A model generated the notes under the pieces. It saw only the letters and a program-made list of their open reading frames with translations. It searched no databases and had not been told where the DNA came from. Shown here one piece after another: positions 59,135 through 64,000 of a DNA stretch of 64,000 nucleotides. The stretch spans positions 67,783-131,782 of the forward strand of contig CAWVBZ010000001.1 in the NCBI GenBank assembly GCA_963927785.1, in the 5' to 3' direction. Origin of the DNA: Candidatus Saccharimonadota bacterium (lineage in GTDB: Bacteria > Patescibacteriota > Saccharimonadia > Saccharimonadales > Saccharimonadaceae). Position numbers and translations under genes: made by a program. Positions within the stretch are counted from its first letter, which is position 1. Each line of letters starts with the position of its first letter.

Positions 59135-60016
59135 ATGCATACACAGAAACAACTTGAGTTATACAAAAGCTTGCATGGTGATGAGTATCAGCAGGCTGAA
59201 AAGTCCACTCCTAAGTGGTTTAAATTCAAATTTCTTGGTTTTGGCTCGGGCAGGAGTCCGATTTATGGTAGTAATAGCGCCTATATGATGTTGCCCGGTG
59301 GCGGCATGTTGTTGATGGAATGCGGTGAAACTGTCTACCAGATTCTTAACGAGAATAAGGATTTTGCATCGGCTAAATGGCTAACTATCATTATGAGCCA
59401 CACTCATGACGATCACTGTGGTTCATTGGGGATGGTAGTGACCGAAGCTTATCTGCGGACTGGCATGCCAGTGAATATTATTTATTGCGGTTTACCGCAG
59501 CGACGCTTGATACGTCAGCTGCTAAATGTTTTTGGCGTGCCACGCGACTACTATCGTTTACTCTCGGCTCGACGTGTCAATAATGACCGTTTTACTCAGA
59601 TAACTACTTTTGGTACTGCTGCAATGCATGTTAGCATGGTGCGCACGCAACATGTGCCGGAAATTCCTTGTTATTCAATTACTATCAATTACTTTACGCG
59701 CAATCTGGACGGTCATCCAATAATCTACTGGTCGGGTGATACGCATGAGCCGATGAATGCCGCCCTTACTATTGCCATGTCAAAGGATGTGCAGGTCTAT
59801 CATGAGGTTAGTTCTGCGCACGGCGAGCATCATACCTGTATTGATGATTTGGATGAGGCTTATCGACAGGTAGCCGATGATGAGGAGGATCTGGCTGATT
59901 ATCGTCGCCGCACCACCATCATGCATATTAATGGGCTGGAAGTTGCTCGCAAGGCACGTAAGATGGGCTATCAGCTGCCGGATATCCTATTGGCCGAATT
60001 GGATGATCAAAAATAG
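59135..60016 (+). CDS. MBL-fold hydrolase, RNase Z-like
   Basis: KFLGFGSG, MECGE, SHTHDDHCGSLG, YWSGDT, HEV, IMH. Confidence 0.75.
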   Translation: MHTQKQLELYKSLHGDEYQQAEKSTPKWFKFKFLGFGSGRSPIYGSNSAYMMLPGGGMLLMECGETVYQILNENKDFASAKWLTIIMSHTHDDHCGSLGMVVTEAYLRTGMPVNIIYCGLPQRRLIRQLLNVFGVPRDYYRLLSARRVNNDRFTQITTFGTAAMHVSMVRTQHVPEIPCYSITINYFTRNLDGHPIIYWSGDTHEPMNAALTIAMSKDVQVYHEVSSAHGEHHTCIDDLDEAYRQVADDEEDLADYRRRTTIMHINGLEVARKARKMGYQLPDILLAELDDQK

Positions 60017-60018
60017 AT

Positions 60019-60130
60019 TTAATACCAAACGTGTTTTTCGTCCCGGTTTAGCTGTCTTGTCTGCTCCATTTCGCTATCAGTTAGCTCGAAATCGTATAAC
60101 TGGGTATTCTCTTGATTAATTTGTGTGAGA
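60019..60130 (-). pseudogene. C-terminal relic of an aldo/keto reductase
   Basis: ENTQLYDFELTDSEMEQTRQLNRDEKHVWY resembles the AKR tail ENxxIFDFxLTxxEMxxI; the rest of the gene is absent. Confidence 0.6.
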
Positions 60131-60344
60131 TTATCGTTGCCGTTATTATGGCTAGCACAGCGATAATGCAAGTAGCTATTATGACTATAATGTGACGTTT
60201 GTGTTGTGTGGCCATTTGCTAGTCCTTTTTGCTTAATAAATAAATCCAGTTTGAATTGCAACAAGTTAAAGTTACTCTAAGTCAACAGACTGACGTGGCA
60301 ATGGTATACTAGATATAGTGCTGTTTAAGCGTTTGGAGGGACTA

Positions 60345-61637
60345 ATGGTGGATAAAGCGTTTGACAAACAAGTATTTGGACTCATTCAGGCTGAGACTGA
60401 ACGACAACGGGATGGCCTGGAGCTGATCCCCAGCGAAAACTATGTATCGCGCGAGGTGCTATCGGCTATGGGCTCAGTGTTTACTAACAAGTATTCCGAG
60501 GGATATCCTGGTCATCGCTATTATGGCGGCCAGCAGTTTACTGATCAAATTGAAACGTTGGCAATCGAACGCGCCAAGCAGCTATTTCACGCTGATCACG
60601 CCAATGTGCAGCCCCACTCTGGGGCACAGGCTAATAATGCTGTCTATAATGCCTGGCTGGAACCTGGCGATACGGTGCTGGGGCTATCGCTGGGTTATGG
60701 TGGGCATTTAACGCATGGCTCGCCCGTGACGCAAAGTGCTAAAATCTATAATTTTATTAATTATACAGTTGACCCAGAGACCGGTGCTTTTGACTACGAC
60801 CAGATTGATCGGTTGGCAAGCGAACATCATCCCAAGATTTTGCTGGTTGGCTATTCGGCCTATTCGCATATTCCAGATTTTGACAAACTGGCTGAGATTG
60901 GCAATCGCTATGGCTGCCTACTAATGGCGGATATGGCGCACGTGGCTGGGCTGATTGCTGGCGGTGTTCACCCCAACCCGTTAGAACATGGCTTCCATGT
61001 CATGACGACCACTACACATAAAACTTTGCGTGGCCCACGCGGTGGTTTAATCTTGTCAATGGGCAAAGTCGGCAATCCGCTCAAGAAATGTGAAAAAACG
61101 ATTGAGAATATTCCAACTCTAATTGACCGCAGTGTTTTTCCCGGTACGCAGGGTGGCCCCTTGATGCATGTGATTGCGGCAAAGGCGGTAGCCTTTTACG
61201 AGGCAATGCAGCCGAGTTTCAAGACTTATGCTAGCCAGGTTGTTAAAAATGCCGCCAAGCTAGCTGACGAGCTGAAAGTGTGTGGCTATAAGCTGGTCGG
61301 TGGCGGCACAGAAAATCACTTGATTCTGATTAATATGATGGCTAGTCGCAATATCAATGGCAAGATTGCTGAGGAAACTTTGGACAAGGTTGGTCTGACT
61401 GCCAACAAGAATGCTATCCCGGCTGACCCTGAGCCACCCTTCCGTCCTAGCGGTTTGCGGTTGGGAACGCCAGCTGTAACAACGCGTGGCCTAGTCGAGT
61501 CAGATATGATTGATCTAGCTCGCTGGATTGATGAAGCAATTAACAACCGGGATGACGAGGTGGCTCTGGCAGATATTCATGCCGAGGTGACTGCCTGCGC
61601 CCATAAGCACCCTCTGCCTAGTGATAACGATGACTAA
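60345..61637 (+). CDS. glyA: Serine hydroxymethyltransferase
   Basis: LELIPSEN, NKYSEGYP, HGGHLTHG-like GGHLTHG, DMAHVAGL, TTTHKTLRGPRGG, GLRLGTP; SD GGAGG before ATG 60345. Confidence 0.98.
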   Translation: MVDKAFDKQVFGLIQAETERQRDGLELIPSENYVSREVLSAMGSVFTNKYSEGYPGHRYYGGQQFTDQIETLAIERAKQLFHADHANVQPHSGAQANNAVYNAWLEPGDTVLGLSLGYGGHLTHGSPVTQSAKIYNFINYTVDPETGAFDYDQIDRLASEHHPKILLVGYSAYSHIPDFDKLAEIGNRYGCLLMADMAHVAGLIAGGVHPNPLEHGFHVMTTTTHKTLRGPRGGLILSMGKVGNPLKKCEKTIENIPTLIDRSVFPGTQGGPLMHVIAAKAVAFYEAMQPSFKTYASQVVKNAAKLADELKVCGYKLVGGGTENHLILINMMASRNINGKIAEETLDKVGLTANKNAIPADPEPPFRPSGLRLGTPAVTTRGLVESDMIDLARWIDEAINNRDDEVALADIHAEVTACAHKHPLPSDNDD

Positions 61638-62385
61638 GCTAACCAATACTTTAACTCTGTCAGATAATCTACTTAAGGCTGAACATAGCTTTCTGTCGGT
61701 GCTAAAGAAATACCTAGTGCACCATCGTGGCGCCTATTTGGTTATTGAAGGTGTTGACCTTACTGGCAAGGATAGTCAATGCCAACGTATTTGCCAGTTA
61801 ATTGAACGAGCTAATATTCAGCCACGTTTTGTAGCTGAGCCTGGCACAACCAAATTGGGTCAGGCGATTCGCCGTCAGGTTAAGGATAAAAATAGCCATC
61901 TGTCGCCATGGCAGAATGTCAAACTGTTCACTATCGCCCGTTGCGATTTGTATAACAGAGTTATTCTGCCGGCTATGGGTCAAGGATGCGTGATAGTAGC
62001 TTCACGTAACTGGTGGTCCACCATTGCCTATCAGGGTTATGGGCAAGGCGTTGAATTAAACCGTATTTTAGAGCTATCTCACAAAGCCTTGCCTATGCGT
62101 TACCTAAAACCGACTGCTGGAGTTATCCTGTTGGCCTCGGCTGAAGCCCGACGGCAACGGCGTGCTGCACGTGACAAGATGCTACTTGGTGGCAAGAAGC
62201 CTGTCCTACATGAGGATGCGTTTGAGGATAGTGACGACCATGCTCTTATGGATAAAGCGCTGGTGGGCTATCGTCGGTTGGCGGAAAAATATCACATACC
62301 TATCATCAATGCTTCGGTTGGCCAGGATGCTGTCTATGTCGCCACGTTGATTAGGCTGGCTGAGACGCTAAAGCAGAAGCTTTAA
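61621..62385 (+). CDS. tmk: Thymidylate kinase
   Basis: VIEGVDLTGKDSQ, EPGTT, LFTIAR, SRNWWSTIAYQG. Confidence 0.88.
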   Translation: MITMTKLTNTLTLSDNLLKAEHSFLSVLKKYLVHHRGAYLVIEGVDLTGKDSQCQRICQLIERANIQPRFVAEPGTTKLGQAIRRQVKDKNSHLSPWQNVKLFTIARCDLYNRVILPAMGQGCVIVASRNWWSTIAYQGYGQGVELNRILELSHKALPMRYLKPTAGVILLASAEARRQRRAARDKMLLGGKKPVLHEDAFEDSDDHALMDKALVGYRRLAEKYHIPIINASVGQDAVYVATLIRLAETLKQKL

Positions 62386-62482
62386 TCTTAGTGCTAGCTA
62401 AGCTAAGTGCCCCTAAGTTTGACGAGTGGCTAGGTTGGACGTATATTAAAATGGCGAATTCTAAAACATAATTTAATAATAA

Positions 62483-63439
62483 TTGAGGTTAAAAATGACT
62501 AAAGAAAAGCAGTCGTCTGCTGGGGTTGGTCGCGGTAACTCACCGGCCAAGGTCTCAAAGACTGACAAAAATATTCTGGTGGCCTTTATTCTGAACTTTG
62601 CCTTCTCCGTTTTTGAATTTATCGGCGGCACTATTACTGGCAGTGTGGCGATTGTGTCGGATGCTGTGCATGATATTGGTGATGCGGTCAGTATTGGCAT
62701 TTCCTATTTTCTAGAGCGCAAGAGTAAGCGTGCTCCAGATGAAAAATATACCTATGGCTATGCTCGTTACTCGGTGATGGGCAGCTTTATTACGACAGTA
62801 GTATTAATTATCGGCTCGGTGGCAGTGATATGTGGCTCGGTTAGCCGGTTGTTTAATCCAGTTGAGATTAACTACGACGGCATGATTATCCTGGCGATAA
62901 TCGGCGCAGTAATCAACTTTGCCGCAGCCTGGTTTACCCATCGGGGCGATTCGCTAAATCAAAAAGCGGTCAATCTGCACATGTTGGAGGACGTGCTAGG
63001 TTGGATCGTGGTGCTGATTGGCGCCATTGCTATGCACTTTACCGACATATCTATGATTGACCCGCTAATGTCGATTGGCGTAGCTATCTTTATCCTAGCT
63101 CATGCTTTAAAGAACTTTGGTGCTGTAATTAATCTATTTCTAGTTAAGGTGCCAGGTGATATTAGCGTGTGTGAAATTGAGGATAAAGTGCGTGCCATTA
63201 AGGGCGTGGAAGACGTCCACCATGTTCATATTTGGAGTATTGATGGGCGAAATAATTATGCCACTATGCATGTTGTAGTTAAGAAAAATAATTCAGTTAT
63301 TAAGGAAGCCGTCCGTCAGGAACTGCTGAGTGACGGCATTGTTCATGCCACTTTAGAGCTGGAAACGCAAGTTGACAACTGCAAGGAAAAAGCTTGCCGT
63401 CCAGCTAAGAAAACCAGCTCTAGCGAACATATCCACTAG
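62483..63439 (+). CDS. Cation diffusion facilitator (CzcD-like)
   Basis: AIVSDAVHD, YTYGYAR, LHMLEDVLGW, VHHVHIWS, HATLELE. Confidence 0.92.
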   Translation: MRLKMTKEKQSSAGVGRGNSPAKVSKTDKNILVAFILNFAFSVFEFIGGTITGSVAIVSDAVHDIGDAVSIGISYFLERKSKRAPDEKYTYGYARYSVMGSFITTVVLIIGSVAVICGSVSRLFNPVEINYDGMIILAIIGAVINFAAAWFTHRGDSLNQKAVNLHMLEDVLGWIVVLIGAIAMHFTDISMIDPLMSIGVAIFILAHALKNFGAVINLFLVKVPGDISVCEIEDKVRAIKGVEDVHHVHIWSIDGRNNYATMHVVVKKNNSVIKEAVRQELLSDGIVHATLELETQVDNCKEKACRPAKKTSSSEHIH

Positions 63440-63497
63440 GGCTGTAGTCAGCTACGGTATTCTATCCGCCTAGCGATTTGTCTGCTGGGCGGATAAT

Positions 63498-63992
63498 TTA
63501 GTGTAGTCTAATCTCGCCACTTGATACAACAGCATTATCATTAACTATTTCTTTGGCTTTATTGCGGTTGCGCCGACGTCGTTTGCTGTTGTCCTGCTCA
63601 CTGCTGTTGACTGATTGATGATTAATTTTTAGACCATCACCATAGTTGTCAGCCTGATTATTGGGCATGACATTTTGCAACGGTTGAACAACTGGTGGAA
63701 CAGTGGCTGGACGTAGCTCGTGAACAACCGTTTTAGTGGTGGTTGGTCGCTGTTCGGCTATTGGCTGGAATGCTGGCAGGACATTGCTAGCGGCGGCTCC
63801 GCCAATGAATTTCTTAGCCGTGGCATTGTGTTGGTCGTGAGTGTTCATTTTAGTGGTTTGTGCGACTGAAGTGGTAGCTGGGGTGGGTTTAGCAGTCAGC
63901 TGATTGGCTGATTGCTGGGCTGCAGCCGCATCGTCGGTCGCTGCTACTGGATTTTGTTTATTGATCTTACTCCTAGTTCCCTCAATTTTCAT
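63498..63992 (-). CDS. Low-complexity hypothetical protein
   Basis: 164-aa Thr/Ala/Asn-rich ORF. Confidence 0.55.
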   Translation of the reverse strand: MKIEGTRSKINKQNPVAATDDAAAAQQSANQLTAKPTPATTSVAQTTKMNTHDQHNATAKKFIGGAAASNVLPAFQPIAEQRPTTTKTVVHELRPATVPPVVQPLQNVMPNNQADNYGDGLKINHQSVNSSEQDNSKRRRRNRNKAKEIVNDNAVVSSGEIRLH

Positions 63993-64000
63993 ACTGTTGG

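Overview
Bacterial chromosomal window, most likely from a Candidatus Saccharibacteria (TM7/Patescibacteria) genome. This is inferred from sparse core genes with little or no Shine-Dalgarno (SD) signal, many orphan ORFs, a class I aldolase and APNTG-tailed surface proteins, and is not proven. Core genes (ftsQ-like, secA, fba, hpf, serS, dcd, glyA, tmk) are interleaved with accessory DNA. Defence and accessory loci: an AT-rich PRTase-DprA-HAD (ShosTA-like) operon at the left edge; a type III R-M locus whose mod gene is frameshifted at a C8 tract (candidate phase variation), followed by three tandem paralogs of an unknown family; several monocistronic orphan genes; decayed redox-stress pseudogenes; and a complete type II-A CRISPR-Cas9 locus (cas9-cas1-cas2-csn2, tracrRNA, ATTTGAG leader end, 21 repeats/20 spacers). 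The most notable signals lie outside the ORF track: a type III hammerhead ribozyme at 6379-6436; a promoter-to-terminator unit at 45665-46232 with four strong SD sites each followed by an amber-terminated micro-ORF; a GCACCT motif in eight 5' leader regions; and an isolated half-repeat beyond the CRISPR array that could pair with the tracrRNA (scaRNA-like).
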